A program made the translations under genes and the position numbers. Source: Eledone cirrhosa (Eukaryota). From it: a stretch of 64,000 nt of DNA. This document shows, piece after piece, positions 27,660 through 41,960 of this stretch. The stretch is taken from contig OZ024746.1 of the NCBI GenBank assembly GCA_964016885.1, forward strand, positions 9,300,001 to 9,364,000, given 5' to 3'. Numbering within the stretch: position 1 is the stretch's first letter; the number at the start of each line of letters is the position of its first letter. The notes beneath the pieces were generated by a model that worked only from the letters and a program-made list of their open reading frames with translations, was not told where the DNA came from and did not search any database.

Positions 27660-27949
27660 GAATGTTATTAATATCTTAATCATTCCAACGGAGAGAAACA
27701 ATATTGTGTTTTTGTTATTTGCATAAAAAATTGATTTTATAGCAATATCAATATTTCGTTATAGAGCCCGTGAGAATAAAAGTCGACTCTCGAAAACATT
27801 TGAACCCATAACCTTGTAACTAAGTGAGATTGATTAAAGTAAATGTTTGCTATAGTTATTTACCCTGTGTTCTAGTGTTACTACTAACTCAAGTAGGACT
27901 TCTGTTGGTCAACGTGTGGAACTTTATAAGTCAAGTTCATGAGTCTTTT

Positions 27950-28800
27950 TAATCTCATATGAATCTCGCGTACTTTTAAAAGAACATTTATAATGATATT
28001 CCTTTACAGACACAAATATCATGAAATCCAACTCTGCCATCCTATAAATGAATACTATTGACAGATAATCTAATATTAACTGGAGCATCAGTCTACCAAA
28101 TTTCATGGTATTTGATTCTGCTTGACCGAAATCGCGATTCAATTTCAATTCTCAATTGAAGCAAATTTCCTTCTTTAAATTTGTAATTGCCCTTCAGAAT
28201 TCGAATGTTTTCTTCATCAGACTCTCAATATCTTTGTTCCGAGGGGAAAAGACATCATTTGTTTCTATGTTTAGCAAAAGGACAAATATTTATAATGAAC
28301 ATATAGAGTGAATTGAATTAAGATTGATGTAATAATTACAACAGCTCAAGTCAGACTTTAACCTACTACAAGGATTTAGTCAGACACTATATGGATTCAT
28401 TAACCCGCATGTCATCAAAATTAGTTCTCATAGTTTGGAAATTATTATTATTATTTTTGTTCTAAATCAATTGATCTTCTGAAGTTCCTTTATAGATTTG
28501 GGGAAGATTATCTGAGTGGTGTCTAAGGTAGATGTAGCTATTATTTTCATAAAAGCTTTTGATTTTCAAACATAGTGTGTTCGACTGGATATCTTACACA
28601 AGATGGCCACTTGTTTCTACATTCAAACACTTGGGGAATATGGTGGTTTCAATCTGGAGTCATGAGAATTAGAATCGGTATGACCTTGTATTTCATTCGA
28701 TATTCTTACCCTTCACAAAATACAGACTGGTGTAGAAGCAGTAGAAACGGGCCTTATACTAGAGAACGGTAAAATATAGTTTCAGCAATTTCTGGAAACA
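27950..28800 (-). mobile_element. Possible highly decayed DNA transposase (Harbinger/ISL2EU-like)
   Basis: Scattered weak peptides LRIEIESRFRSSRIKYH, SCVRYPVEH and an RSLV/PFLL-like stretch; no continuous frame. Confidence 0.25.
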
Positions 28801-30094
28801 TCTGGTAGTTGAATTATCAATATTAACTTACAGTCTGTTGACTGAATAATCAATACACTTCGATTGATAACTTCACTGGTGATGTGATAAGACACAGTAA
28901 CCTTATTGTCAGTGCGAAATATGAATTATATTATCAACTATCAGGTACATAGTTTCCTTATAGGCCATACCTAAAAAGTAATATTCTACTAAATTGACCG
29001 TCAATGTAAAACGTCAAATTTAATGACAGAATTACCTTCATGATATACTTAACAGTCAAGGTAAATATGAGATAATTGCTAATTCTATACTAGGTTAATA
29101 AAAATAGACATCTAATTTACGCAAGTACGGAAATCTGAAATTGAATTAAGGTTAATTGAAATTTTTCGCTGTCAATTCACTGTCGACGAAGACTAATCCC
29201 TTAGTAACGGATACATTAGTTAAGTAGATTATTAATTTGATTGTTATGACGAAGCCGAAGCATTTTATTTAGATTGTAAGAGTGGTTATCGCTAGTACAT
29301 TATAGCATATGTATTGTAGAAAAGGCAATACGAGAATTAACTTATAAATATCTGTTTCTCTTTAAAGTAAATCCGTTCGCTGTCACGGTGAGTTATGCTT
29401 ACAAATATTAATATACAAATATTAATATACAAATATTAATATACAAATATTAATATACAAATGAGCATAAATGAATGTGTGTGTGTGATGATATCTATGT
29501 ACATAGTGTTGTAAGTTTTATTTCATTCTGAGATTCTCAGATCAAACTAAAAGCAAGAAAGATATGAACATCCTATTTTTTGAAGCGCAATTTCCTATCA
29601 GAATTTCCTATCTTGTCTTTCTCCCTCTTCTTTTCTTTCACTCATAAATTGACTCACTGACATTTCCTTTTCTATGAGGTTCCAATAAACCAACCAAGTT
29701 GATGGAGTAATTAGCTTTCATTGGCGATGAACGTCTTATTTTGTATCAGTTACTTCCATTATGATAAGAAACCTAATTTTCTTCCCTCTACCATACGCGA
29801 TCCCACACTACTTACCCCTTTTTTTCATAATCAGTTCAATGATATCGTAACTTTAGCTATATAGTAGCTGAAGAGCTACCTGACGCATATATAACTTCAA
29901 TATATTATGTTAATAAATTAAGCTTTTCTGCAGCCAAGTAAGCAGCGGTTCCACTGACCTACATTGGTGTATTCCATTAACACTAATTCTGTCCTTTTAT
30001 GGAATGCTCACGTTTCCACTGCCAAACCTACACAACGTTATATACAGACGACCTGGAGTTTTACAAAACTACTGGGTGTTGTTGTTGCTGCTGC

Positions 30095-30137
<43 letters not shown>

Positions 30138-31194
30138 ATTTAGCCATATATCAGCCCTGACCAAGCAGATAGACGATCAATTATATTTCATCTGTGACGA
30201 AAATAGCTTTTAGGGACAAAATATCTATTATTAGGTCTTAAAGACATTTCTTTCCGAAGCAGGTTGACAGAGAAATATAGCCAGAACTATTTTTATCCAA
30301 TGTTATTTCTTTTTTTTTTTTTTATAACAGTAGGTTGTGCACATATTTGCGAAAACCCCAGATTCTAGTGCAAACAAGCTAAAGGACGACATTGTAGCTG
30401 ATCTTAAGCTATCTTGTAAGATACTTGTTGTTGTTCTTGCTGTTGTTGTTATTGTGGTGTAGTCCTCAGAAGAATGAAAGGCGAATGCGGCCTCAGAACA
30501 TAAACGCACCTAACTAAAGAGCGCATATTAATTCACCACCAGAACGATGATCTAGTCAGGGTCATGTCCTTTTTGTTTCACATGTATTATATCCGGGAGA
30601 GTGTTTCTCGTGTATTTAACAATATTATAGAATTTAGATAAATTTGGAATGGAAAAATTTAGCTGCTATATCTAGCAAGTCAAACAATTACATAGAAACT
30701 TCCCTGTTGGTATATCAAAACTTCACACAAGCTAATTCTGATAGCATACCCACACATCATTTCCGTCATTGTCAAGCATATTTTGTAAACCTGCGACAAG
30801 GAATCCCACAAATTAGAAGAGAGTACAAACCTCTTCTGTTAAAACCATATTAATCCAATACTCTTCCTTCAGACATTGAAAAGGGAAATACAGACAATAA
30901 AAACATTTTAGTGTGTGATAAAATCAAACGTGCACTTACCACCTTGCTGAATCCACAGAATTCTGACTCTTGTAAATTCATCACCATTTTGAATGCCAAC
31001 AAAATCCTTGATGAAACACCATCACAAAGACTCAGTAACTACCTATGTACAATCTCGAAATTGTTAGTAGAATTCCTAATTCTTTTGTTGTCATGATCAA
31101 AGAGTGGTGGTGAAAAACATCATGGGACCGCAGTGAAAACGCTACTTTCTTGGTCCATTCATGAAGCCAATTTCAAGAGAGAAGGAATGAAAAT

Positions 31195-31350
31195 GAGGAG
31201 GATGGATCCATTCCAATAGTTGACTGGTCCTTTATCAACGCTGAGAGGATGAAAGGCAAATCTGCCCTTGGCTGGTTTTCAACTTAGAGCTCAAAGAACT
31301 TGAATAAACTCCGTAAACCATTCTAACCAAGGATCTTGTGATCGCCAATT
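31195..31350 (-). mobile_element. Old SINE family 1 copy
   Basis: ggatgaaaggcaaa core, degenerate B box. Confidence 0.7.
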
Positions 31351-32682
31351 CTTTGCTGATCTCCTATTTAATATCACAAACCCACACATTCCCTCTACAA
31401 TTCACAGCTCAGACTCTGGATTGTGATCACTACATCCAACCATTATAAACGAAAAGTACGTAATAACTTTACAAATATAACAATAAAGCTTTCTACCCCC
31501 ACCTAGTTAAGTCGACAACATACGTGTTTTTGGTCTGCTTTTCAGGACACATGTAGAACTACTCAACCACAACAGTGATTGCAAACTTTACACAGCCTGA
31601 GAACAATCACAGCTGCAGCTGCATTCTTATATACTTTGTGAAGTTTCAGAATCTTCCTGATTAAATTATTTTATATGAAAGGATAAATTGAATTTTCATT
31701 GAAAGATAAAGCATTTTCGGTATAAATAAATTTATGTCATTAATATCTTCAACAAAATCAGGTATTTTTATTTTATTTTATTTTATTCATTTATTTATTC
31801 GATTTATTTATTTATTTTGTTATTTATTTAGTTGTTTGCTTTGAAACTGTTTCACTTCTTAATTGTAAATTGTTCCTCATGCTGTGTCAGAAAAATAGAG
31901 CTAGTGTTTTATCCAAGAGGCATTTTTTACACTCAATCAACTGCAGAAATTTTCTGAAGAGAATTACCAGGTGTTTAGTTGTTTGAATGAGGCACATGCA
32001 ACGCCAAACACACAGTCTTCGATGTAGCAACAACTATGCCAATAATTATATGGATACAATCTCAGATGTTGCACCTACGTAAAAAATAAATATTTGACAA
32101 GATGTTTCAGTATTCTTTTGTCACCTTGCCTGTTGTTGAATTTTATATCCCTAAATCACCCTTCTGTTGTTGTTTTATTCGCTGGTGTCACATTTCTAGA
32201 AAACTTTAACTTCTTTAAAATACTTCGAAACGTCATTAAATTCCATTTCAGTAGATTGTGGAAACAAAGTTTTGTTTGATGTGTGTTACATTCTTTATTT
32301 ACTTATATATTTATTCATACATTTTCATTATTCGCTACCGAATAGAAGAAAAAGTGTTACTTGTGAGATTTGTAAACTATAACAACCAATCGATATGGCG
32401 ATGCACAGTATTGATTAAAGTAACCTGGAAAGAAAACTTTATAAAACTTAATCGATGTATCTTCGTTTAAACACTCGTTGAAATCATTAATCCATATAAA
32501 CATAAATTCTTCATATAGCGTAAAATGTGTTATAACTACTAACTGTCTATTTACATAGCAACAGCCGTCGAGGCATTGCAAACAATTCAAATTACATATG
32601 GTCATATACAGCACCTACTTACGCATACCTACTCACTCACTTCTAAATCTAATCGGACATACAAACAAACAAACACAATTGG

Positions 32683-32713
<31 letters not shown>

Positions 32714-32714
32714 C

Positions 32715-32813
<99 letters not shown>

Positions 32814-32935
32814 GGAGGTGAGTTTTATTGTAGTACAATAAAGCAATGCAGATATCGGATAAGAAGCACTCTACAGTTTGTAGGACTGGAGTATGCATAA
32901 TATAAGATCAAAAGATGGTTAAAGGAGTTCCATGT

Positions 32936-33004
32936 ATTTTATTATGCGCATTTCAAAAACAAACATCATCATGCAATAATATTTGTGTTTTCATCAGATA
33001 AAAC
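32936..33004 (-). ncRNA. Type I HHR (family B)
   Basis: Mirror of 33121-33189. Confidence 0.88.
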
Positions 33005-33120
33005 AGGAGAACATGATATGAAGGCTAAAAAACACTTGTGGATAGTGCAGTTTTAAATCTACATATGTTTAAAACTGCACTATCCACAAGTGTTTTTTAG
33101 CCTTCATATCATGTTCTCCT

Positions 33121-33189
33121 GTTTTATCTGATGAAAACACAGATATTATTGCATGATGATGTTTGTTTTTGAAATGCGCATAATAAAAT
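33121..33189 (+). ncRNA. Type I HHR (family B)
   Basis: ttttat CTGATGA aaa-c-acagatattatt-gcat-gatgatgtttgt-t-ttt GAAA tgcgca TA ataaaa. Confidence 0.9.
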
Positions 33190-33220
33190 ACATGGAACTC
33201 CTTTAACCATCTTTTGATCT

Positions 33221-33301
<81 letters not shown>

Positions 33302-33470
33302 ATACAATCACAGAGATAGCTTAAAGCTAAACTCTGACTGGCAACCATCTCACTCAACAAACATTAGGTTATATGTTAGTATAAACCCAATTTAAGTGTT
33401 TGGGGTGCTAACTATATGTATTATGTGGAAAGCCAGTTGTATTATTTTATGAGATATAATTAAAGTTAAA

Positions 33471-33541
<71 letters not shown>

Positions 33542-33602
33542 TATATATCGTTTCTGAATTTGTTTAGCAAGATTCTTTATCTGAAAACGTGTGTTGAAAC
33601 TG

Positions 33603-33860
33603 ATATTGTTATGCTTTGGGAGGGTCATGTTGCCAATAAAAAACACACGCACCAGCTGCTTTCACTCCAATTTATTATAAATTAAATTTATAAATTTAAG
33701 AATTTATAAATGTCCGGTTGGTCGGTTGGTTCCACAACCGGACGGTTGTTCATATATTGTCAAAGTTCTTTCGTCACACATTCTGTGACCTCTTCAGTGA
33801 CTGGGATTCTTTTCTTTATTTTTGTGCCTCTCCTTCTTTTTTTGTTCCTTCCTACGCCAT
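33603..33860 (-). mobile_element. PLE-type family D 3' end with intact HHR at 33759-33801
   Basis: gtca CTGAAGA g-gtcac-agaatgt-gtgac GAAA gaac TT tgac; homologues at 4905-4940, 51675-51910, 63035-63200. Confidence 0.8.
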
Positions 33861-34072
33861 CGTTGTGGTGTCGCTCTAGACACCTTTGTAGTCACCCGTC
33901 GCCACTAATCTATATTCTCTGTCATGCGTAGAAGGGTCTAGGTGATGTGACCTGTTCAGTCTTTGAGGTTGTTGGACCAGAATTTTTTTTTGTCTGCCTC
34001 TTCTTCGCTCTTCCCTTTCTGGGACGGAAACTATGCAGAAGATATACACACACAAACACGCACACACTCACT

Positions 34073-34103
<31 letters not shown>

Positions 34104-34189
34104 GTACACATATACATACACACATATACGTGTGTGTGTATGTGTGTACAATATTATTGCAACAGTTGATGGTGTACATATCATTATTC

Positions 34190-34668
34190 GGATTGGCAGT
34201 ATCGGTGGCGGGTCGAACGCCATGCTTTGCTGAAAAGAGTTACGTCCCTTCTACGATCTGAGTTCAAATCCCGTCGCGGTCAACTTTGCCTTTCATCCTT
34301 ACGGGGTCGATAAAATAAAGTACCAGTAATACACTGGATAATTGCTGGCCCTGTGCTAAAAGTAGAAACAATTATTCCATAGAAAATATTTAGTGAATAG
34401 AAGTCATCTCGTTTTAATGTTTACAGATATCCGTTTTACGTGTGTGTGCCACGTAATAATGGTTTCTGATTTAGGCACAAGGTCAGCAATTTTGGGCAAG
34501 GGGAAAGTCGATTAAATCGACCCCAGTGCGTTACTGGTGCTTTATTTTATCGACCCCGTAAAGAAAAGTTAACCTCGGCGGGATTTGAACTCAGAACGTA
34601 AAGGGCCATAACTCTATGCTGCAAAGCATGGTGTCCGACCATCTACCGATACTGCCAATCCGCCACCC
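34190..34668. mobile_element. Tail-to-tail SINE family 1 pair (+34190-34376, -34455-34668)
   Basis: Second copy is flanked by gtgtgccacgtaataatggt / gtgtgtcacataataatggt TSD. Confidence 0.92.
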
Positions 34669-34754
34669 TTGTGTGTCACATAATAATGGTATGGATATCA
34701 CATGGTCTGATCGCTATTCCATATATATCTCGGTCATCGTGTGTGTGTGTGTGT

Positions 34755-35001
34755 GTGACAGCTCACACCTATGCAGGTTTAGCTGATCTCCTCCAAGGTA
34801 TATTTCGTTGGAGGTGTCTTGGGTTATTTAATGATAGGGACCCCAGTCTGATCATCTCATTTCTACAGCTGAGTAAACTGGAGCAACGTGAAATAAAGTG
34901 ACTTGCTCAAGGAAACAACACATCACCCGCTCCGAGAATTGAACTCACAACGTTTCGATTGCAAGCCCAATGCTCTAACCACTAAGCCATGTGCCTTCAC
35001 A
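34755..35001 (-). mobile_element. SINE family 2
   Basis: Homologous to 18060-18342; tail in (CA)n. Confidence 0.88.
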
Positions 35002-35261
35002 AGCGGCTTTCGGCCGTCGTGTCAGTATTAAATTATCTCATTCGATAGTACCTTTGCGGACTGATCCATAAGTTCAGATATTCTAAAATGATCGTGGAAT
35101 AGACTGCTATATCCTCTTCATATTACTGCTGAATGCGGCAATCTGGAAATCCCATTGATACCATTTCATAAATGTGTTTTGATTCTCATTCTATTACGTG
35201 TTCTAGCAGAGAAAATGAGGCCATGCTAGGGCACCGCCATAGAAAATTATTTGTCTCGTAT

Positions 35262-35452
35262 GGCGGTGGATTGGCAGTATCGTTAGAGGGTCGGACGCCA
35301 TGCTTTGACGCATAGAGTTACGGCCCTTTCCATTCTGAGTTCAAATCCCGCCATGGTTAATTTGCTTTTCATCCTTACGGGGTCGATAAAATAAAGTACC
35401 AGTAATGCACTGGGTAATTGCTGGCCTTGTGCCAAAAGTAGAAACAATTATT
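35262..35452 (+). mobile_element. SINE family 1, full length
   Basis: TSD aattatttgtctcgta / aattatttgcctcgta. Confidence 0.93.
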
Positions 35453-38364
35453 TGCCTCGTACTTAATAACGTTTTATAATTGAAACATTATGTCAGCCAT
35501 TTGAGTAAAGGACATAAGACGATTATATCCCACCCGGTACTAGAAGGAAGAAAGGTAAATTTAACCATGGTGGTTTTCTATCTGACTTTCTAACGACTCG
35601 GCTAATCCATCAACCTTGTCTTGTACTTATTAATTCTCAAATATATACTCTCGACAAAAGACAAAATACTCTCAACATGCTAAAAGTAGCAGTTATATTT
35701 ATTTGTAAGCTCATCTTGCTGTTTAAAAGGAGTTGTGAGACTTTAGATTCATAGTTCTCTATCTCTGTCACTTTTTGAGGCACTGTTGAAAAAATAAGAT
35801 ATATCACTGGCTGACTTCATATGAAAAGTTTTCTAAACAATGTTTTTAAATTAAAAATCATCTTGTTTATTCGCCAAATTATATGTTGCGAATATGGAAT
35901 AGCGATCATGAATAATAAGATTTTGAACAGGCTCACACGTTATTTTCTTTTTTTAAGCTTTGAAATATGATTTTGAATATTTATGGTGCGCCTATGTTTT
36001 CCTCTGGGGACTTCTGCATTAAATAACGGGTGCCCTGATGGCCTTTCTAATGACGTTGATGTTCACGGTTGGAACGCTGAGGATGTCTGCTGGGGTTACA
36101 TATCAACACAACTAAATAGATATATATAAAATAAAGAAAGAAACAGCGTAGAAGTCAAATTATTGTCAAAGATTTAGTGAACATTAATTTCCAAAAGAGA
36201 AAAAACATTGATATTTCACCAATAAATGGAAAGAGTTGAAGTAAGTTTATCCATTTATATGAAAAATATAATTGTTCCTCACAATAAGAACAGGATATTC
36301 GCTGCATAGTTCAGTGGCATATCAAAGCGCCAAGCTCAACGTCTATCAGCAATCATCCCGCTTTGATAGTTTTAGAAAGATTAGTGTTTATATTAGAATT
36401 CACACCGATCTACCTCTATTGAGAATAGTGTGATTATAAGCCAGACACAATTCTTTTCATAAGAAACTAATTTTTACTTCATCCACATGAATAACAAATA
36501 AATTGTCTCCCTCAGACTTAAATGACAGAACAAGTTTATTAAATTGCACTGGACGTTTATCTCAAATGATGTTATCTTATTGACCCATCACAACCCACAG
36601 CTGTTTGAGTGGAGAGGGTGTAGGGCGAACCACATAAGATCGATGGCAACAGATCTTCGTCCGGGGTAAATAAACTCAATTCTTTATGATTCACAATACC
36701 CTGCGGTAAATATTTCGATGTTAACCAGTAACTACTATATGTATTGTTCTGTTTGAATTTCATTTGCTAGTATAACACAGGAATAATTATTACCCTAATA
36801 AATATATTTTTTTTTTTGCAATTAGATTTTCCTTTCCCAAATCGACCGGATTATTTATCGTCAACATCATCTCACTTTTTTACTATTTACTCAAGGAAGT
36901 AACATTCAAATTTAAAGTATTCAAGTTCTGTTTACACATCAACTATCCGATGTTATAGTTCCATAAAACTGGGTCTTGTTTCTCTAATAAATCAATATCA
37001 CATTGAAACGTGCCGAGTTTATCTGATAAGAAATACCGAAAGTCGTTACTTTAAACATGCTGTTGGGAGATTTAAAATTTCCTTCGAATTTTCTAAAATA
37101 AATAAAACACTACTTCAAAAAATCAATAGAATACACAAATTCTTTCTAAATAACGTTTTTTCTCATAATGATCGCATCGTAATCAAGATCTTGATTCTAA
37201 CGAACTAATCACTGAAAATTTTGTCTTTGTAACCGGTTGCAAAATAACATTTAAATCGGCCAATCTCTTATCAATAAGAAATAAACAATTTTTTTAAAAA
37301 GGACACATCAATCTCTATTAGGCAGATGATGCTTTCTATTTATGGCAAAAACGAAAGCATTGTGAACAAAATGCCTTCGGTGTTGTGTTTTTATGTCAAT
37401 TTATGGTTACTGAGTTCAAGCCTAAACGACGTCCACTTGAACTTTTATTATATCAGAGACGTGACAAATAAACTAGCAGTAATGTAATATCTTCTCTCTC
37501 CAAAAGTTATTACCTATTGCATAGGTCTGTTCTGAGTTGTGTGATCCAGGATGTGATGACGATGCTAAGTTATATCGTGTAAAAGTGGGTCGTTATCGAT
37601 CATTTCAAATAAATAACTGATAAAGATAGAGTCAAGTTTAAGTTAAAATACTCAAAAACCTCTGCGACTACGTCATGGGTACCGCATACAACTGTGTGAT
37701 CAGACGCAGTTTTATTTTCATAACAATTTTCAGACCATAAAATACATCGTAGAGGGAAGTGATGTTAGCTATGGCTCCCGCAGAATCTTGGGCAATAATG
37801 ACCAATCTAAATAATTCGGAAGGATTGACCAACGCTACCTGGTAGCTAACATAAATTCAGTCAATTTTGGTCCAGTTTTTTTAGCCTAGGTCAAAGTCTT
37901 CTACAGTGGCCTCTATTTGGTGGACAGACTAAAGTACCACTATAACAACCGTTTTTAATCATATACTCAATTTCTTGAGATTGTTCCCTTTTGTTGCCGT
38001 GTGCGTGTTTGCGCTTAAGATAGTACTGTAAAGATTAGATACATTAAGGGATACCTCGATATATCACGGTATACTGTCTGGGTTGAAACCATATCCAGCT
38101 CGACTTTCTCTTTCTTCCTTTCAGGAGCAATAAAAAAATACTTTATTTGAAAATTGTGCACCAGCATGGTCGCAAACAAAATACTGAAACCATTAAAGAA
38201 GAAAATAATTTTTTTAATGAATTTCTATTTTCCTTTTTCTTTTCTACACTCATCTGTCACCATTCCTCAAATATTTAGTATATTCGTCCTGTCATGTCCT
38301 TCATCTGCTGTTTTTCTGACAATTAAATAACTCCTTATTTTTATTATTATCATTACTATTGCTA

Positions 38365-38580
38365 GGGCAGTTGATTAGCAGTATCGGTAAGGCATCGGAT
38401 ACCTTGCTTCACAGCATAGAGTTACGGCCCTTTACGATCTGAGTTCAAATCCTACGGGGTTAGTAAAATGAAGCACCAGTAATGCACTGGGGTCGATTTA
38501 ATCGACTTTACCCTTCCCCGAAATATTGTTGGCCTTGTTCCTAAATCAGAAACCATTATCATTATCATTACTATTATTAT
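38365..38580 (+). mobile_element. SINE family 1, internally deleted
   Basis: B box fused directly to cctacgggg core; (ATT/ATC)n tail. Confidence 0.85.
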
Positions 38581-39229
38581 CAACTCTATGTTTAATATAT
38601 TTAATCTCTGTTTATTATGCGTATAAAATATATATAGTCTCATTAATATCAATATGTGTGTAATTATTTTGTAGAAAACCGAAACAAAAAAAATCAATTT
38701 TAAAGTATACAAACTAAATGTTGTTAGACACAATAAAAGAGAAGTAGAAGGTGCAAGTTTCTTTATTAAACAAACAATACATGAGCAATGAAATGCGCAA
38801 TTTATATGGTATAATTAGCTTGAAACACGTACTACATAATCTCATAAATCATTGTTTTAAAACGAATTTCGCAAATTCTGGACATGTTGCAGAACATAAC
38901 AGTATACTTGAAATACTGCCAGTCCAAAAGATATTCAAATGTGTAATATAAAAAATGCATGCTCTATATTGTCAGACTTTCAATAAATTACGCCTTTGTA
39001 TTCGATGAAACAGTAAAATTCCGGATAAACGACTTTGAGAATTCTATTTCCATACGTTTATTGCTGAAAATAAACACGATTTTTTTAAATAAGCATTAAC
39101 AGCAACAAAACTATCAAAATAATGAATAAAAATGTCGATTTCTTCATATTAAAGCTACAAGTGTTGTATTTTAGAGTCGATTCTATCGACTGAAATTCGA
39201 CCCGAGTAAATCAAAAGCAAAGCCAATTC

Positions 39230-39855
39230 CGGAGTATAAAGTGACCTTTCCTTCAGCAGCTTCGATTGGGTACAGATCGGGTATGACTGTGGTCTACGGG
39301 AGTCATTAGGAATTACATGTATATTATTTCCCTACTTACTGCATTTCATTTCCGGCTACCTCTAATTCTTCCCTTGCTGGAGTCATGGAACAAAATCCAT
39401 CATCTCCAGAATATATCTAGGAGCGAATTTGATGCGGTGATCAATGTCTCTTTAGCATGTTCCGGACTGTGAGAGAGTGCTGCCGAGGTATTCAAAGGCG
39501 TTGATAACTTCCAGAGGTGTGTCCCTCGTGTTGATGACAACTTCTGATGTTTCTTGTCCAGGAACAGGCTTTGCAAGTATTTACATTTCGTCTACATTCC
39601 CAAAGCGATAGTAGGCTTCGGAGATGAGAGTCGAACGCCGCTGGAGGTCAGCAACAAAGGAGTGGAAAGCTTTGCCGTGCACATATAAGACTTGCAGGAA
39701 TGATTGAGGTGATGTTAAAACATGTTACCATCTGCCAAGATGAAGAAATCATCATGTATGAATACAAGATGGCTGCAACTCGACTTCGAGTAATCCCATC
39801 GCTTGATACTTAAGCATGGGCATCACAGACGTGGCGTTTTAGTCATGCGACCTGA
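39230..39855 (-). mobile_element. RTE-clade LINE RT C-terminal fragment
   Basis: LEVINAFEYLGSTLSQSGTC*RDIDHRIKFA and upstream DLQR...RFG motif. Confidence 0.75.
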
Positions 39856-39927
39856 CCACATACACATATACATACATACATACATACATACATACATACA
39901 TACATACATACATACATACATACTTAC

Positions 39928-39958
<31 letters not shown>

Positions 39959-39989
39959 CATACATACATACATACATACATACATACAT

Positions 39990-40405
39990 ACATGGTGGCT
40001 GCCAACTCGTTTTCGAGTACGGCCACTACTTTATATCCATGTAGGAGAACTCCTACCGATGCGCTGAACGAGTGACTTTTTAGTCCAGCCAGTGACTTGA
40101 AAACTCTGGTACAAACACTACACTTGTGACAATTACTAACACATAGTGCTGGGCCCATGGTACCATGTGACGACAAGTGCAGATAGATCTCCAGCTATAA
40201 AGCAATGCCTGTGCCGTGAAGCATTTATAGTGAGCAAAGGCACTGCACAAAGCCAGTCCCACTCTCTTAACCAAGATGATATTTACCAAAAACAAGTCAA
40301 CATCATTGGATACCATCAGAGTTGCCAGTTTAGTCGCCAACGACCCGACCATGAGACAGGTTGTACTGGGATACATGTTACCAGTAGCACCAACTGGTGA
40401 CCTGA
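39990..40405 (-). mobile_element. RTE-clade LINE 3' end with C-terminal zinc-finger-like motif, ending in (TATG)n
   Basis: HKCSVCTRVFKSLAGLKSHS; 3' end resembles 40507-40550. Confidence 0.7.
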
Positions 40406-40506
40406 CATACATACATACATACATACATACATACATACATACATACATACATACATACATACATACATACATACATACATACATACATACATACATACAT
40501 ACATAC

Positions 40507-40855
40507 ATGAGGGCTGCCCCCTCGTTATCGAGTATGGCCATTGCACGAGATAACATTATTAATAATTATCAATTAATGTTATCGTGCAATGCCTGTGCGT
40601 GAAGATTTTTTTTAAAGTGAGGAAAGACTGTGCACTGAGCCAATCCCACTCTCTGAGCGACAGTAGCTGTAGCCCGAAAAGAAGAAAAGATCAACATCAT
40701 CGGTAACTACTGAGTCGCAGATCATAAGTCGGAGTTATCCCAGTTTCCTGAGTTGTCTCCTCCTAGAAGAATGCCCTGACAAATGCTAAGGGTCCGTCAC
40801 TCCCAGTGGTGTAACCGCACGATCGTGTATCCAGCCCGATTATATATCCCTGCAT
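40507..40855 (-). mobile_element. Second related RTE-type 3' end between (CATA)n tracts
   Basis: ggctgcc..ctcgtt.tcgagta.ggcca and gcca.tcccactctct shared with 39990-40405. Confidence 0.6.
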
Positions 40856-41451
40856 AAATACATACATACATGCATGCATGCATACATACATACATACATA
40901 CATACATACATACATACATACATACATACATACATACATACATACACCTTTGTGCATTATTTAACTTAGTAGATGCATATATGCGTAGGTTTTTAATTGA
41001 ATAAATGATTGGAAGCCATTATCCCAACATAGAATTGTTTTACAAAATTTATTGCTGATTACATAATCATTGAGACACCACTTTCTGTTCTCCTCCATTC
41101 TTGAATACCTATAAACAGGTCTAACTGGAAATTATTTCTAAGCAACTTCTCTTATTTAAAAAGCGTATGAACGACCATTTTGAATCAGCAAATCACGTGA
41201 CAGCATCACCTTCTCATCTCCTATTGTGTATGCATATTGTAACGAGTCTTTGTAAAAACATGTGTTGTTCAGTTATATTGCCTAGTTCTTGTCAGACTTC
41301 ATTGATTAATTAACTTTTAATTAAAACCAGTTAAAGAGCTGTGAGGTTTCTGTTTTTATTCATTTATTTATTTATATTATTGTTATTATTATCATTATTA
41401 TTATCTGCAGTAGCAGCAACATCATCCTTATCATCACCATCGTCGTTAATA

Positions 41452-41663
41452 TTGGTGGATTGGTAGAAACATTAGAGTGTCGAAAAAATGCTTAAAGTAT
41501 TTCTCCTGGCTTTTTACATTCCAAGTAAAAATCTCAGTGATGCAAACTTTACCTTTCATCCTTTTTCGGTCGATAAAATAAAGTATCAGTCAAATACTGG
41601 AATTGATTTAATCAATTTTCCCTCCGACTAGATGATTGGTCTTGTGCTAAAATTAGAAACAAT
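41452..41663 (+). mobile_element. Old SINE family 1 copy
   Basis: ggtggattggtag head, cctttcatcc...gtcgataaaataaagta core. Confidence 0.82.
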
Positions 41664-41699
41664 ATATAACTTTGCTGAAAAATGGGTTTAATATTTTGG

Positions 41700-41960
41700 C
41701 CAAGGTTTTAGCAATGTTTTAGCACTTGTCAGCGAGAGTTTGAACGGGAAAGCATAAACATGCACAATCCCGGGCTGATCAAACAGGATAAGTCAGTGGT
41801 CTTGCAGAATGGCGCATGGAGATATAAGTCAATGCCATCGAATAGTCTGTTCAGCGCTGGACCAACGGACCATTGAAACTCTTTGGAGTCTGGTTTGGTC
41901 TGTCTGGTTTCGCATGTCTGGTGGTTAGAGCGAAGGAGTTTGTGTAGTGGACAAACCTGA
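41700..41960 (+). mobile_element. Decayed Tx1/L1-clade RT fragment
   Basis: DKSVVLQNGAWR...WTNGPLKL/GVWFG motifs with frameshifts. Confidence 0.5.

Larger units (their letters stand above)
32811..33226. mobile_element. PLE family B 3' terminus as fold-back in (TA)n
   Basis: 32811-33067 matches the 3' end 58333-58610 of the coding PLE; arms 32898-33057 / 33068-33227. Confidence 0.9.
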
